Positions 43,460 to 61,090 of a stretch of 64,000 nt of DNA are shown here, in pieces; positions within the stretch are counted from its first letter, which is position 1; every line of letters begins with the position of its first letter. This stretch comes from Octopus vulgaris (taxonomy: Eukaryota). The notes beneath the pieces are model-generated. The model made no database searches. It was not told the DNA's origin and saw only the letters and a list, made by a program, of their open reading frames with translations. A program made the position numbers and the translations under genes. The stretch is taken from positions 70,618,001-70,682,000 of the forward strand of contig OX597817.1 of assembly GCA_951406725.2 (NCBI GenBank). Reading direction: 5' to 3'.

Positions 43460-44373
43460 TTGTGTGTCTGTGTTTGTCCCCCTAGCATTGCTTGACAACC
43501 GATGCTGGTGTGTCTACGTCCCCGCCACTTAGTGGTTCGGCAAAAGAGACCGATAGAATAAGTACTGGGCTTACAAAGAATAAGTTCCGGAGTCGATTTG
43601 ATCGAGTAAAGGCGGTGCTCCAGCATGGCTGCAGTCAAATGACTGAAACAAGTAAAAGAGAAAGAGAAAGCGAGTTAGACGTAGGTGTTTGAGTGTTGGG
43701 AAGAGAAAAACCTGTTCTGAAGGGAATACGTATCTGTAGTAGCGTTAGAAAACATAGTAATAGAGTGCCAAGCAACCGAGCGGACCTTTTCTGGATGTGG
43801 TCAAGGCTATCAATGTGAGTTGCAGGAGAACTGTCCCACATGTGAAAGTGGTACTCAACTGTCGATCCTACATGAGACTGGTAGAGAGTTAGTAGGAATG
43901 GTCGGAGGTATGCTACAAGTGTGCTTTTGGTAGGAGAGATTCTCGCTGGTAACGAAACCTAGCATTTGGAGTGTTTGTTAGCACCCACATTTAGAGGGCG
44001 TGTTCTGTAGTGATGGTCGCTTTTTGTGGCTAGCGCATTTTTTTTTTCTTTGCTGCCGTTGAAAGAGATAAGTCTGTTATTTTCCCATTCGTGGATACTC
44101 TTAAGATCAGCAGTGATGGGGAAAAAATGGATGGTTTGTCATGTGGTGTCTAAATTGCGTGTAGATGATGCATAGTTATGGGAGATAGAGGGGAATGGTG
44201 TCGTGTTATATGCATAAGAATGAATGTGTTGTTGGATGTGGCGGCAAGTAGGTCATTGATGTATAGAATGAACAGAGTAGGGAACACAACTGAGCCATGA
44301 GGAGTACTAAAGTTGACTAAGAATGGAGCAGAAAGAGCCCTGTCAGCACATGGTACGATCTGGTAGAGAGCAG

Positions 44374-44375
<2 letters not shown>
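43020..44375 (-). mobile_element. Decayed CR1/Jockey-group LINE RT fragment interrupted by a SINE
   Basis: PHGSVVFPTLFILYINDLL (about 44245-44305), EYHFHMWDSSPATHIDSLDHIQKRSARLL (about 43770-43856) and NQYAQNFLP (about 43180-43205). Confidence 0.75.
43253..43660 (+). mobile_element. SINE family B, full length, nested in the LINE remnant
   Basis: Complete head, internal microsatellite and tail. Confidence 0.92.
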
Positions 44376-44420
<45 letters not shown>

Positions 44421-44426
<6 letters not shown>

Positions 44427-44596
44427 CGTTAGCCACTACACAAATTTTTTCTCTCCTTGTTTTATCTGTGTCCCTTTCTGTAGAAGAGCGTAGGCTCGAA
44501 ATGCAAAAGACTTTTTCTATTCCTGAGCGTTATACTAATACATCTGTTTGTTTTGTACACCACCTGTCTTCGTCTTTTGCTTTTTTCGCAAATTCT

Positions 44597-44600
<4 letters not shown>
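44421..44600 (+). mobile_element. Short Penelope-pLTR-like element with a variant hammerhead-like motif
   Basis: CUUU CUGUAGA A GAGC-GUAG-GCUC GAAA UGCA AAAG at 44474-44509, flanked by (TA)n. Homologue at 54100-54320. Confidence 0.6.
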
Positions 44601-44671
<71 letters not shown>

Positions 44672-44901
44672 GTGTGTGTGTATGTATGTATGTTTGGATG
44701 ATGTGGCTGTAAAACCTGCTCTGTGTAAGCATTCGACTTGTTTGGGCACGCTTACGTTAAAACACAATTTTAGAATGACATTTTTCTGTCAAAACGCTAA
44801 AAATAACTGACCAGAAAAAGACCCAACCAAGATTCATCCAAATCAAAAAATAAACCCAAATACTAAGCGAACAAAGATGAACCATCCCATTCCATTGCGC
44901 G

Positions 44902-44945
<44 letters not shown>

Positions 44946-45043
44946 TACACATTCACATATGCCCCTTTTACATACACACAGAGTTGACACGCTGTTTGAT
45001 TTATTTTTTCAGCGTACAATTTTCATCATCCAACTACCAAGTA

Positions 45044-45205
45044 TGACATCACCCCTCCTTTCTCATTGATAAACACAGAATTATTATTATAGTAGATTAT
45101 CTCGGTAACCATGGGAACTATGAAAAAATGATATCACCCCTTCCTTTCTCATTCATAACCACGAGCATTATTATAGTAGATTATCTCGGTAACCATGGGA
45201 GCTTT
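45044..45205. repeat. Tandem duplication of about 85 bp
   Basis: atcaccc.t.cctttctcatt...ttattatagtagattatctcggtaaccatggga occurs twice. Confidence 0.8.
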
Positions 45206-45327
45206 GATAAGCTACAGAGCCCAGCAACACTACCGGATCATTCTAAACATCTATGAAATTTTTCGCGCAATTCCACCTAGCCCTTTGACCGTGAATCCCA
45301 AGACAAGAAACAATCGCCCATGTCAAA

Positions 45328-45362
<35 letters not shown>

Positions 45363-45389
45363 AGAGAGAGAGAGAGAGAGAGAGAGATA

Positions 45390-45452
<63 letters not shown>

Positions 45453-45799
45453 AAGAGAAAGAGAGAGAGAGAGAAAGATGTACAAATACATACATTTATA
45501 TATGTATACATAAATATATACATATAAATCCATATACATACATATATATATAAGTGACAATCTGAATAAGGTGGGGTTCTCAGAAAAAGACATCAACCAG
45601 CAAAATCGCATTTTACAAATAAAATCTGTAAGCGGAATAGTAAAAATAGTAAAAAAAAAACAGTTCAAAACGTGAATTTGTTTTTGTTAATTAGATTCCA
45701 ACAGTGGGGTATTGGATCTTTGTTAGAAATCAGCTATTTACTGAGAGGAGGATTTGAAATGATTAAACATCGGTGATAACATGCATTCAGATCTGAAAT

Positions 45800-45991
45800 A
45801 CGTAGAATTGATTCGTTGCCCGGTCTCAAAGCGACGAAAATATTTTGACAAATTAAATTTAAATGTTGAAGTGAATCTAACGGTTTTGTGTGTTTCTTAA
45901 ATGGCTTATACACACCTTCCACGCTGCAATTGTTTTCGTTCCAGCACGCGATCTCAGATCAAGATACTCGCTATGCAAGTACATCTCCGTA
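45800..45991 (-). mobile_element. DNA-transposon-like end (CGGAGATGTACTTGCATAGC terminus)
   Basis: The same terminus occurs in the opposite orientation at 60778, and an older relative lies at 60650-60760. Confidence 0.55.
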
Positions 45992-46219
45992 ATATATATA
46001 TATATATGAATATATATATACATATACAATATATATGTATGTATGTATATACACACACACACACACACACACATAAGAATATAAGTTGTGTGCTTTATAT
46101 CAGCATTGGAGCATTTCTAGCAATGTAGATGTCTTGATACCTTTAATCACGTTTAGTTGACGATTATAATTTTCCTTCACGGTTTAGCATTGTAACTAGC
46201 TGGTTTTATTAATATGTAT

Positions 46220-46290
<71 letters not shown>

Positions 46291-46339
46291 GGTATGTAGA
46301 AAAATACAACATGGACAAGAACGTATAACTCTTAGAAGA

Positions 46340-46656
<317 letters not shown>

Positions 46657-46676
46657 GTATTATATATATATATATG

Positions 46677-46739
<63 letters not shown>

Positions 46740-46742
<3 letters not shown>

Positions 46743-47112
46743 GAGGCGCAGTTAGGGCAGCGGACTCGCGGTCGTAGGATCGCGGTTTCGATTCCCAGAC
46801 CGGGCGTTGTGAGTGTTTATCGAGCGAAAACACCTAAAGCTCCACGAGGCTCCGGCAGGGGCTGGTGGTGATCCCTGCTGTACTCTTTCACCACAACTTT
46901 CTCTCACTCTTACTTCCTGTTTCTGTTGTACGTGTATTTCAAAGAGCCGGCCTTGTCACTCTCTGTGTCACGCTGAACATACCCGAGAACTACGCTAAGG
47001 GTACACGTGTCTGTGGAGTGCTCAGCTACTTACACGTTAATTTCACGAGCAGGCTGTTCCGTTGATCGGATCAACCGGAACCCTCGTCGTCGGAACCGAC
47101 GGAGTGCTTCCA
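46740..47112 (+). mobile_element. tRNA-derived SINE family C, near full length
   Basis: gttagggcagcggactcgcgg...ggtttcgattccc...ccgttgatcggatcaaccggaaccctcgtcgtcggaaccgacggagtgcttcca. Confidence 0.9.
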
Positions 47113-47182
47113 ATATATATATATATAAATATATACATATATATACAAACACACATTTATAGATAATACATATGCGTACATT

Positions 47183-47480
47183 GGCGTAGACGTGGCCGTT
47201 TGGTGAGAAGCTTACTTCCCAACTACATGGTTCCGGGTTCAGTCCCAATGCGTGGCACCTTGGTATCTTCTACTATAGCCTCGGGCCGACCAAAGCCTTG
47301 TGAGTGGATTTTGACAACCGATGTTGGTGTATTTATAACCCCGAAACTTGGCAGTTCGGCAAAGAGACTGATAGAGTAAGTACTAGGCTTACAAAGAATA
47401 AGTACTGGGGTAGATTTACTCGACTAAAGGCAGTGCTCCAGCATGGCCGCTGTCAAATGACTGAAACGTGTAAAAGAGAA
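47183..47480 (+). mobile_element. SINE family B, internally deleted
   Basis: Head, CORE-like block and tail present. Confidence 0.8.
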
Positions 47481-47500
47481 TACATACATGCTTAGACAAT

Positions 47501-47531
<31 letters not shown>

Positions 47532-47536
47532 TACAT

Positions 47537-47575
<39 letters not shown>

Positions 47576-47899
47576 CATACATACATACATATATATATAT
47601 ATGCATAGTGAGAACGTGCATGCCTGTGTGTATATGTGTTTGTTTGTTTGTGTGTGTGTGTGTGCGTGCGCGCGCGTGTATGTGTGTGTGTAATTTTGTA
47701 ATCTACTCCAAAACTAGTCACCAAAAGAAAAGTAACAGAAAAGAAGCAAAATACATTACAATAATCAATAGTCTTGGGGGTCGATTTGTTCGACTTAAAA
47801 TGCGGTGCTCCAGCATGGCCGCAGCCGGATGACTGGAACAAATTAAAGAGTAAAAGAGTAAACTATGGATACCTCATTTATTATTACGTATCATCACGA

Positions 47900-50833
<2,934 letters not shown>

Positions 50834-50918
50834 TTATTGGACTTACAACAGACGCGCCATTCGAATCCTACAGGCGATATCGTTCTCTTTACTCGTGTGT
50901 TAGTGTGTGTTTGCATAC

Positions 50919-50956
<38 letters not shown>

Positions 50957-50960
<4 letters not shown>

Positions 50961-51141
50961 CTTTACTACCCACAAGGAGCTTAACACGGGGGAGGGGACA
51001 AACAAGGACAGACAAAGGGATTAAGTCGATTACATCGACCCAGTGCGTAACTGCGACCCCGAAAGGATGAAAGGCAAAGTCGACCTCGGCGGAATTTGAA
51101 CTCGATTTCGCCCGTCGTGCTAACGTTTCTGCCAGCTCACC
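50957..51141 (-). mobile_element. SINE family A, with deletions
   Basis: atttctttactacccacaagg...gacctcggcggaatttgaactc...ctgccagctcacc. Confidence 0.85.
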
Positions 51142-51193
51142 TATATATATGTATATATATATATGTGTATGTATGTATATATATATATGTGTG

Positions 51194-51228
<35 letters not shown>

Positions 51229-51355
51229 ACGTATGTATGTGTTTGTGCGTGCGTATGTATGTATATACATGCGTGAATGAACAAACGAAGGGATGTGGCA
51301 CTTAAATTTGCTTTTAGTAACAAGTACTTAAAACTATACATATAGATGTATGTGT

Positions 51356-51400
<45 letters not shown>

Positions 51401-51666
51401 CGTAATATAATATATACACATAGATATATATATATTTGTATACTAATTATTAAAATTGAAAAATTATCAGAAAAGCTATTAATATTGTACCAAGGAATTT
51501 CTATTTGTAACTCGTGTGTGTTTGTGTGTGTGCTTTATTTGTGTGTATGTATATATGCATGCATGTAATAATTTATTCCCTAGACACAAGATATATACAT
51601 ACAAACATATACATACATACATATATTTAGCTCAGCTGAAAAGCACTGTAGACTGTTGATATATAC

Positions 51667-51707
<41 letters not shown>

Positions 51708-51708
51708 C

Positions 51709-51743
<35 letters not shown>

Positions 51744-51810
51744 CATATATATACATACATATATACATATATATATATATACATACATATATACATATAT
51801 ATACATATAT

Positions 51811-51868
<58 letters not shown>

Positions 51869-51934
51869 CATACATACATACATATATATATATGTATATA
51901 TATATATTATAAATCAATGTCGATAGTTTTTGTA

Positions 51935-51967
<33 letters not shown>

Positions 51968-51971
51968 GCAT

Positions 51972-52013
<42 letters not shown>

Positions 52014-52136
52014 AATATACACACACACGCACTCTCTCCCCAGTATATTGAATTGTCTACCAGATAGTTTTTGTAGTATGTAAAGTATATTATTGATATA
52101 TTCTACTGCTTACAATATACATATTTAAGTATTTAC

Positions 52137-52198
<62 letters not shown>

Positions 52199-52355
52199 GT
52201 CCATGTACATGTTTGTGTGTGTGTGTAAGCAGGAATGTTTCGATTAATAGACGCTGAAACTGCACACTTAAACGTCATTTGGACGGTATTTTTATTTGGA
52301 ATTAATATGAAAATACTTCAAAATTTAATGAAAATGCCTGGGAGTAGGTTTTGAA

Positions 52356-52411
<56 letters not shown>

Positions 52412-53185
52412 ATATATATGCATATATATACATAGATGCATACGTACATACATGCATACATATATACATACACAGGTATGTATGTATGTATGTATGTATG
52501 CATGCATGAGAGAAGGAAGGAAAGAGAGAGTGTTTGTGTATACATGTTGGTATGCATAGACATATATACACACATGACGTATATCTATGATCATATAAAT
52601 TGTATATCATTTATATTTGCATTTCTACGAATATACACATACACGCGGTTCCTTCTCTCTCTTTTGTCTCCCTCTCTTCTCTCCTTTTTTGCTCTCCCTT
52701 TCTTCTCTCCTTTTTTGCTCTCCTGTTTTCTCCCCTTTCTTCTCCCCCTTTCTTCTCTCCTTTTTTCTCTCCATTTTGCTCTCCTTTTTCTCTCTCCCTT
52801 TTTTCTCTGCTTCTTTGCTCTCTCGTTGATCACACGTGACCATCGTCCGTCATTCTTTTCCTTCAATGCTGTCGTACAGACTGTACGTATTCCTATCTAT
52901 CTCCTCTTCTGTCTTTTCTTTTGCCAAAGACAATATTTCTCCAGCGTTCACTACTTTACCTCGTCTGGTCCATCGACCCTCCATGTTTGTTTTTTGTTCG
53001 GTTTCCTTTTATGTCTCCACTGTCCTGTTTTTGCTACCAACTTCGACCATCCGCAAATCCCAAATTTTATTTTGGTTCGCGTGAACACCTGCCTTCAAAG
53101 TTTTATATTGTCGTTCAGTGCTCGAAATACGGAGTAGAAGGACAGCCGACAACTGATAAAGGGTCGTTTTTTATGTTACTGATTG

Positions 53186-53243
<58 letters not shown>

Positions 53244-53344
53244 CATATATGTACATATTTACATATATATGTATATACATGTGCATATATGGGTACAGGA
53301 CGTCATAGAACGTAAACAACATGAAATACGAAAACATGGAATAC

Positions 53345-53763
53345 GAACTTTTTTTGTGAACAACGAGAGGTCATCGATGACAGATGACTACACTCACGAT
53401 CTTCATGGATCAGGTCTCCACTGCGAAATCGTCTAAACCATTTTCGAGCTGACCACTCACTGGTCATTTCCTCACCAAACGTTTCGTTTATATCGCGAGG
53501 AGTTACAGCTGCTTTACGTCCTTTTTTGAAGTTGAATAGCAAAATTGCTCGAATATCGCGCTTTGACAGTTCTATTTCAGATGATTATAACAACGGTGAA
53601 AAAATATCAATATTAACTTATTGATGCATTTGGGCAAGTCGATGTCTGTATTATCAGACAATTACAAAAAAAAAAAAAAAAGGTTTCTAAAAAATTCAAA
53701 ACTGCAAAATTCCGGCACAAATCCTTCTTCGTTCAAAACATTGCTTACTTTTTACTCAACCTG
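53345..53763 (-). mobile_element. mariner (Hsmar1/cecropia-like) 5' remnant: TIR plus N-terminal HTH
   Basis: TIR TA|TCAGGTTGAGTAAAAAGTAA and peptide ELSKRDIRAILLFNFKKGRKAA..RDINETFGE..SARKWFRRFRSGDL. The start codon has mutated to ATA. Confidence 0.85.
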
Positions 53764-53774
53764 ATATATATACA

Positions 53775-53932
53775 CGACGGGCTTCTTTCAATGTTTGCCT
53801 ACCAAATCCACTCACAAGGCTTTGGTCCACTTGAGGCTATAGTAGAAGACACTTACCCAAGGTGCCATGCATTGGAACTGAACCCAGAACCATGTGGTTG
53901 GGAAGCAAGCTACTTACAATACAGCCACGCCT
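53775..53932 (-). mobile_element. SINE family B, 5' half
   Basis: acgacgggcttctttc...ggaactgaacccagaaccatgtgg...cagccacgcctg. Confidence 0.8.
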
Positions 53933-54099
53933 GCATTGAATATATATATATATATTTAATATATTTGATCTGTCTAATTGTGTCTTTCGTTGTTCGAAAA
54001 AGTAGTTCATATTCCATGTACTCGTATATATACACATAGATGTAAGTATGTACATATATGTAAGTATATATGCATATATATATATATATATTATTTCGT

Positions 54100-54320
54100 C
54101 ATGATAAATAGCCAGCCACTATACCTTTTTCTATTTTCTATTTTCTTTTTCTATTTTCTCTCTCTCTTTCCCTCCTTGTTTATTTCTGTGTTCCTTTCTG
54201 TCGAAGAGCGTAGGCTCGAAACGTAAAAGACTTTTTCACTTCCCGAGCGTTAAACTAATTCATCCGTTTGTTGTTTACACACCCGTCTTCGTAATTTTTT
54301 TTCTTGGTAATTTCGCACTA
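54100..54320 (+). mobile_element. Short Penelope-pLTR-like element with a variant hammerhead-like motif
   Basis: CUUU CUGUCGA A GAGC-GUAG-GCUC GAAA CGUA AAAG at 54194-54229. Confidence 0.6.
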
Positions 54321-54322
54321 TG

Positions 54323-54392
<70 letters not shown>

Positions 54393-54554
54393 TAAGAGAA
54401 ATAACCTCTATTAAGTAATTCAATAGTGAAAGACATATTATATAGAAAAAAATTAAATATACTACAATAAATATTATTCAAAAAATCAATAAATTAAATA
54501 AACACACACATATATTCTTTTATGTGCATACAAACATACACACACACACACATA

Positions 54555-54648
<94 letters not shown>

Positions 54649-54749
54649 TATATATACACAGACGTATACGAATATACAAAACACATGGGAGAATATGTAT
54701 AGACATAGATCTATCTGTCTATCTATCAATCTATCTAACTATCTACCTA

Positions 54750-54797
<48 letters not shown>

Positions 54798-54836
54798 ACA
54801 CACACACTCACACACAGAGACATATAGACAGATAGA

Positions 54837-54871
<35 letters not shown>

Positions 54872-55149
54872 ACGTGAGTTGAGGGGGGGGGGGAGAAAAC
54901 TATCTGTTATGATCCAAGGCGCTAATTGGTAGTAATCCAATGGCAACGCGAGGCGATGTTCCAGGAAGAGTAGGTATTCCAAAAATTAGGGCAGAATTCG
55001 TAGATGCTGGATATAGATCGTACATACATAATTTTATATTTAAAAACAGATATGTATTTGCAAACATGTACTTATGTAAATATATAGGTGTGTGTGTGTA
55101 TGTGTGTGTACGCAAGTATGTGTATCTGTGTGTGTGAAAGTGCACAAAT

Positions 55150-55193
<44 letters not shown>

Positions 55194-56015
55194 GCATACA
55201 TGCACATTACAAAAAACACATACCTATATATACGCATATATAAATGCATTTATACACATATCACTATCGTGCATTTTCATAAAGACACACAACCATACAC
55301 ACACATATATGTGTATGTGATATACATACATACACATAAGGGCATATGCAACTGTATACATGTATATAAACATATATATACACACACACATACCTACATA
55401 TGTATTTAAAAATATATGTACATAAATGTTTGTGTATATATGTGTGTATGTGTGTATGTATATATATATATATATATATCACTCACGCGCAAGCACGCAT
55501 GTACGCACACACGCCCTTAAACACTCAACAAAATACGTTACAGGTGTGTGTGAGTGTGTTTTGAAACCCTTTGATGTTCAATCTAAAAGGCTTTGATGTT
55601 CACGAACTAAAAGAAAACGATTATCTGCCACATCATATGTTTGATAATGAGTAAGGATTAATATAGAAATAATTAGTCTTGGGACACACACGTGTGTGTG
55701 TGTGCATATATATATGTATATATACACACACACACATGGGTTGCTTGTAGGCAATATTCTTAGCATGTAACCCAGCACAACCTGTTGCACGGTGTATCAA
55801 TCGTTGAGCGTCTAAACTGGTAAACCTACCTATCTTAGCTGAACAGACAACGATATATATATGTGTGTGTGTGTATAAAGTCGACCTCGGCGGAATTTGA
55901 ACTCAAAACATAAAGACGGACGAGAAGCCACTAAGCATTTCGACCAGCGTGCTAACGATTCTGCCAGCGTGCTAACGATTCTGCCAGCTTGCAGCTTTAA
56001 TTCAGTAATACATAC

Positions 56016-56102
<87 letters not shown>

Positions 56103-57017
56103 GTATATATATATATATATTGAAAGAAAAAGCATTATGTGATTAAATGTTCGAGATATGAAATGTTACGTGGATGACCTTATATTTGTTTGTTCTGCAA
56201 CCATAGTTTTATATATATATATATATAATATGACGGGCTTTTTTCAGTTTCCGTTTACCAAATCCATTCACAAGGTCCGATGCTATAGAAGACATTTGCC
56301 TAAGATGCCACGCAGTGGGATTGATCCCAGAACCACGTGATTGGGAAGCAGGCTTCTTACCACAGTCATGCTTGAGCCTATGTGCATGTGTGTTTTCTAG
56401 TGACATGCTTTAACGAAAGTTAATCTATACCTCACTCCCAGTGGTTAGAGAGCACCGGATACAATCCGGAAATTGTAAGTCTTCCTTTTTTTCGAAAATT
56501 GTCCTTAACCCTACTCAGGATAGGTCTTTTCCTTTCTTTCTTTGTTTTGCTATTTTTTTTTTGTTGTTGTTGTTGTTTTGTTCGTTGTCCTGGGTTTCTA
56601 GCAACTCTCATCACCATGCTCGCCTGATGACGGCACCGGTTTCGTCGCCGATAACTCGACCATGCAACGAGCTGTACTGGATTACATGTCTCACAAGGAG
56701 TGCTCATAAGCAACCTGGCATACATACATATACAGATACATAGCACACACACACACACACACACGTGTGTATGTGTGTGCGTGTTTGTTCTATATGTTAC
56801 GTGTATATATGTGAGCTCTGTACGACGTACGTTGGTATTTACGCATTGTCTTCTTACAACATAACCACATCTTACGAGTCTCGTCTCATCAGAGAAGATT
56901 GGTAAATAAGCGGAAAGCTAGGTGTACATGTAATATAAACGCAGGAACTAAGTGGAGAAAGGAAAAGTACAAAGAAGGCCGTGTTAATAACAATGATAGT
57001 AATTAAATGAAATTATT

Positions 57018-57020
57018 ATT

Positions 57021-57058
<38 letters not shown>

Positions 57059-57195
57059 GGTGGTGGTGGTGATGGTGGTAGTGGTGGTGGTGGTAGTAAT
57101 AGTAGTAGTAGTATTGGTAGTGGTGGTGGTGGTGGTAGTAGTAGTGGTGGTGGTAGTAATAGTAGTAGTAGTATTGGTAGTGGTGGTGGTGGTGT

Positions 57196-57231
<36 letters not shown>

Positions 57232-57618
57232 TAGTGGTGGTGGTAGTAATAACAGTAGTAGTATTGGTAGTAGTGGTGGTTGTAGTAGTAGTGGTGGTGG
57301 TGGTAGTGGTGGTGGTAGTAGTAATAGTAGTAGTAGTATTGGTAGTGGTGGTGGTGGTGTTAGTAGTAGTAGTAGTAGTAGTAGTAGTATTGGTAGTAGT
57401 GGTGGTGGTAGTAATAGCAGTAGTAGTATTGGTAGTAGTGGTGGTTGTAGTAGTAGTAGTAGTAATAATAGTATTGGTAGTAGTGGTGGTGGTAGTAATA
57501 GTAGTAGTAGTATTGGTAGTAGTGGTGGTTGTGGTGGTGTTAGTTGTATTGGTAGTAGTATTGGTAGTGGTGGTGGTGGTGGTAGTAATAGTAGTAGTAG
57601 TAGTATTGGTAGTGGTGT

Positions 57619-57663
<45 letters not shown>

Positions 57664-57683
57664 TAGTAGTAGTAGTAGTAGTA
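57018..57683. repeat. (GTA)/(GTG) trinucleotide array with higher-order units
   Basis: Recurrent ggtagtaatagtagtagtagtattggtagt blocks. Confidence 0.95.
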
Positions 57684-57911
57684 GCCGCAGTAGCAGCAGC
57701 AACGACAACAGCAGCTACAAAATTACAAAAAAAAAAATTTTTAAACTAAAGGGAAAAGGTAAGAGAAAAGTGGTAAGAACAATGAAAACAATGGAAAGCA
57801 ATTTTTTTTAATAATGAAATAAACCAATCAAGAAAACAATAGTAAAACACGAATAACTTCCCTATAGTTTTTCCCGCTTCTTATTATTTCGAACGAAAGG
57901 GATGCATAAGA

Positions 57912-58327
57912 TAAGGCGGTGAGCTGGCAGAAACGTTAGCACGCCGGGCGAAATGCGTAGCCGTATTTCGTCTGCCGTTACGTTCTGAGTTCAAATTCCG
58001 CCGAGGTCGACTTTGCCTTTCATCCCTCCGGGGTCGGTTAATTAAGTACCAGTTACGCACTGGGGTCGATATAATAGACTTAATCCGTTGTCTGTCCTTG
58101 TTTGTCCTCTCTGTGTTTAGCCCCTTGTGGGTTATAAAGAAATAGGTATTTCGTCTGCCGTTACGTTCTGAGTTCAAATTCCGCCGAGGTAGACTCTGCC
58201 TTTCATCCCTCCGGGGGCGATAAATTAAGTACCTATTACGCACTGGGGTCGATATAATCGACTTAATCCGTCTGTCTGTCCTTGTTTGTCCCCTCTGTGT
58301 GTAGCCCCTTGTGGGCAGTAAAGAAAT
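57912..58327 (+). mobile_element. SINE family A, dimeric body
   Basis: Head plus two tandem bodies joined at aaagaaatag|gtatttcg. Confidence 0.92.
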
Positions 58328-58891
58328 ATGAAATAAGGGATACATAGGATAAAAGGAGTTTAAATTCACTTTTCCGTCTGCCAGAAAGGTCGCTTGCACC
58401 CAACACGGCTGAGGAACCATATTTACCGTTTTCTAAATAAATATTTTAACGAGACCTACATCCGTCATTCTATAAGGGTTCTACAACGCTCTCATTTACC
58501 ATCTGCACTATTTCTCTTACCCCTCGCGCTGTTTGCTAAGATGGTCGTTGAACTCTACCGGGTTCATCAGTCCTTTTAACACGCATAGTTTTTTTTTTTT
58601 TTACCTCTGGGTTTCTAGTAACTCTCCACACTAGGCCTCCCGTGTGTGAGGGGTTGTATGTTTTGTCATCGACGATACGACTGAGTAGCAGGTTGTACTG
58701 AATTACGTATAAAACAGTGGCACACGCAGAGACAAATATGTATGTATCTGAATATACAGAACAGGTTGCAGATGTGCGAGAAAAGACTTTGATGTTCATA
58801 GGAAACTATAAAACTATAAAAACTGATTAACTACCTCAGTATGTACGATTATTAGCAAAGATGAATATAAATCTACATATGCATACATAAT

Positions 58892-58959
<68 letters not shown>

Positions 58960-59076
58960 CTACAGTACCTCTCAAAAAGCACAAAGCAATATCTAAGCAC
59001 TGTCCAACACAGACACACACACACACACGCACACACACACACGCGCACACCATACACACACACACACGCACACATA

Positions 59077-59358
59077 CAAGGGCTGAACAAAATAATGGAA
59101 ACATCACATTTTATTGCCAGTATGACAAACTCAAAACTGTTCAAGTCTTTATGTATATTTCCTCTTTTTTCTTTTCTTTCTTTATTGTTTTTCTTTCGTT
59201 CTTTCTTTCATTATTTATTTATTTATTTGCAGATGTTTATATTTGAAGTAGTGGAGGCAAGTGACATGTCTGATTTCCAAAGAGGACAAATTCTTGAAGC
59301 ACCGATGGCTGGTACTTCGGTTACTGAAATTACTGAATTGTTTAATGTGTCTAGAAGG
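59077..59358 (+). mobile_element. Tc1-like transposon 5' remnant
   Basis: TIR-like TA|CAAGGGCTGAACAAAATAATGGAAACA and peptide DMSDFQRGQILEAPMAGTSVTEITELFNVSR (Tc1 N-terminal HTH). Confidence 0.75.
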
Positions 59359-59706
59359 CACAAATTTTTAGGGAAGAGGCCAGTTGATTAGATTGACCTC
59401 AGTACGCAAGGATGAAAGGCAAAGTCGACCTCGGCGGAATTTGAACTCAAAATGTAGCGGCAGACGAAATACCTATTTCTTTACTACCCATAAGGGGCTA
59501 AACACAGTGGAGACAAACAAGGACAGATAGACGGATTAAGTCGATTATATCGACCCCAGTGCGTAACTGGTTCTTAATTTATCGACCCCGAAAGGATGAA
59601 AAGCAAAGTCGACCTCGGCGGAATTTGAACTCAGAACGTAACGGCAGACGAAATACGGCTACGCATTTCGCCCGGCGTGCTAACGTTTCTGCCAGCTCGC
59701 CGCCTT
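59357..59706 (-). mobile_element. SINE family A, dimeric
   Basis: Two tandem bodies with different tails. Confidence 0.9.
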
Positions 59707-59763
59707 CCCCCATATATATATATAGTGGAATCTCCCGTTGAAGACGACATATACGAGTTCAGT

Positions 59764-60161
59764 GGGATGGAAGCACTCCGTCGGTTCCGACGACGAGGGT
59801 TCCGGTTGATCCGATCAACGGAACAGCCTGCTCGTGAAATTAACGTGTAAGTGGCTGAGCACTCCACAGACACGTGTACCCTTAACGTAGTTCTCGGGGA
59901 TATTCAGCGTGACACAGAGAGTGACAAGGCCGGCCCTTTGAAATACAGGTACAACAGAAACAGGAAGTAAGAGAGAGAGAGAGAGAGAGAGAGTTGTGGT
60001 GAAAGAGTACAGCAAGGATCACCACCATCCCCTGCCGGAGCCTCGTGGAACTTTAGGTGTTTTCGCTCAATAAACACTCACAACGCCCGGTCTGGGAATC
60101 GAAACCGCGATCCTACTACCGCGAGTCCGCTGCCCTAACCACTGGGCCATTGCGCCTCCAC
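59764..60161 (-). mobile_element. SINE family C, full length, with an 11-bp TSD, nested in an older family D SINE (59724-60428)
   Basis: ACGAGTTCAGT at 59753-59763 and 60162-60172. The flanks rejoin into a family D copy. Confidence 0.9.
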
Positions 60162-60777
60162 ACGAGTTCAGTATTTGCTGTAGGAACTGCACAAATGATT
60201 TTTTTTATAGTGATGTATGTGCTGTACATTAGCCCACTCTCTTCATCAAATCGACGTTGCCTGTACAGGTGCAGAAGTTTGCCACACGCCAGCTGTCAAA
60301 ATGATTGCAGAGAAAGATGAAATGAAGTGTTTTGTTTAAGAATACAGCGCACCGCCCACTTCGGGGACAGAACTCGTAATCTAATGACCGTGAGCGCAAT
60401 ACTCTAATCACCAGGCCACACGCCTTCGCTATATACTAAAGACTAGACAGACAGACAGACTGATAGATAAATCGAAGTAGAACGACTAACGTATACAGAA
60501 GGTGTAAATTATATTCAAAGCTCTGAAACCTATGCATACTGGTCTACAGCCTTGCCTCGAACCAGTTGCAGTGGGACTGTGTCAATGACCAGATTGCGGT
60601 TTGTACAACGAAAATTTTGATACCAAATAAAAGATGTGTGAGTGAGCAAACAGTTTTTCTGTTTTTAAATGGCTTATATGTGACTTCCACGCTGTCTTTG
60701 TTTTAGTTTCAACAAACGGCCTCAAATTAAATCATTTTCTAGACAAATGCATCTTCGAAATAAGATACATACATACA

Positions 60778-61090
60778 CGGAGATGTACTTGCATAGCAAG
60801 TGACCTGATCCGAGATCGTGTGCTGAAACAGTGACAATCGAAATATACACCGCCGGAAGTTGTCGTTGACAAACAACAACAGTTAATTTCATTCAGTTGA
60901 ATACACGTCATTGATAGGTTGAAATTACCGAAATACGACAACTTTAACAAAAAATAACTTCCAAAATACAGAATTTTCTCAACAACGCCAAGAGTAAAAG
61001 ATGTTTTATGTGACACATTCTACCAGTATACGAAGTGTTTAGTTACAAAAAATTATTTTTAAAATCTGTCGGTCAAAAGGTAAAGATCTC
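60778..61090 (+). mobile_element. DNA-transposon-like fragment
   Basis: Starts cggagatgtacttgcatagcaagtgacctgatc, as at 45991 (minus), and ends ggtcaaaaggtaaagatc. Confidence 0.5.

Noticed and set aside
52436-53137. 233-aa hydrophobic F/L/S-rich ORF
   Set aside because: Arises from a CT-rich low-complexity tract plus microsatellite.
53115-53170. GAAA...CTGATAA motif suggestive of a permuted hammerhead
   Set aside because: No consistent stems could be drawn and the core is non-canonical without compensation.
57016-57749. Poly-Leu/Pro and poly-Val ORFs
   Set aside because: Reading frames of a (GTA/GTG)n array with no protein-like complexity.
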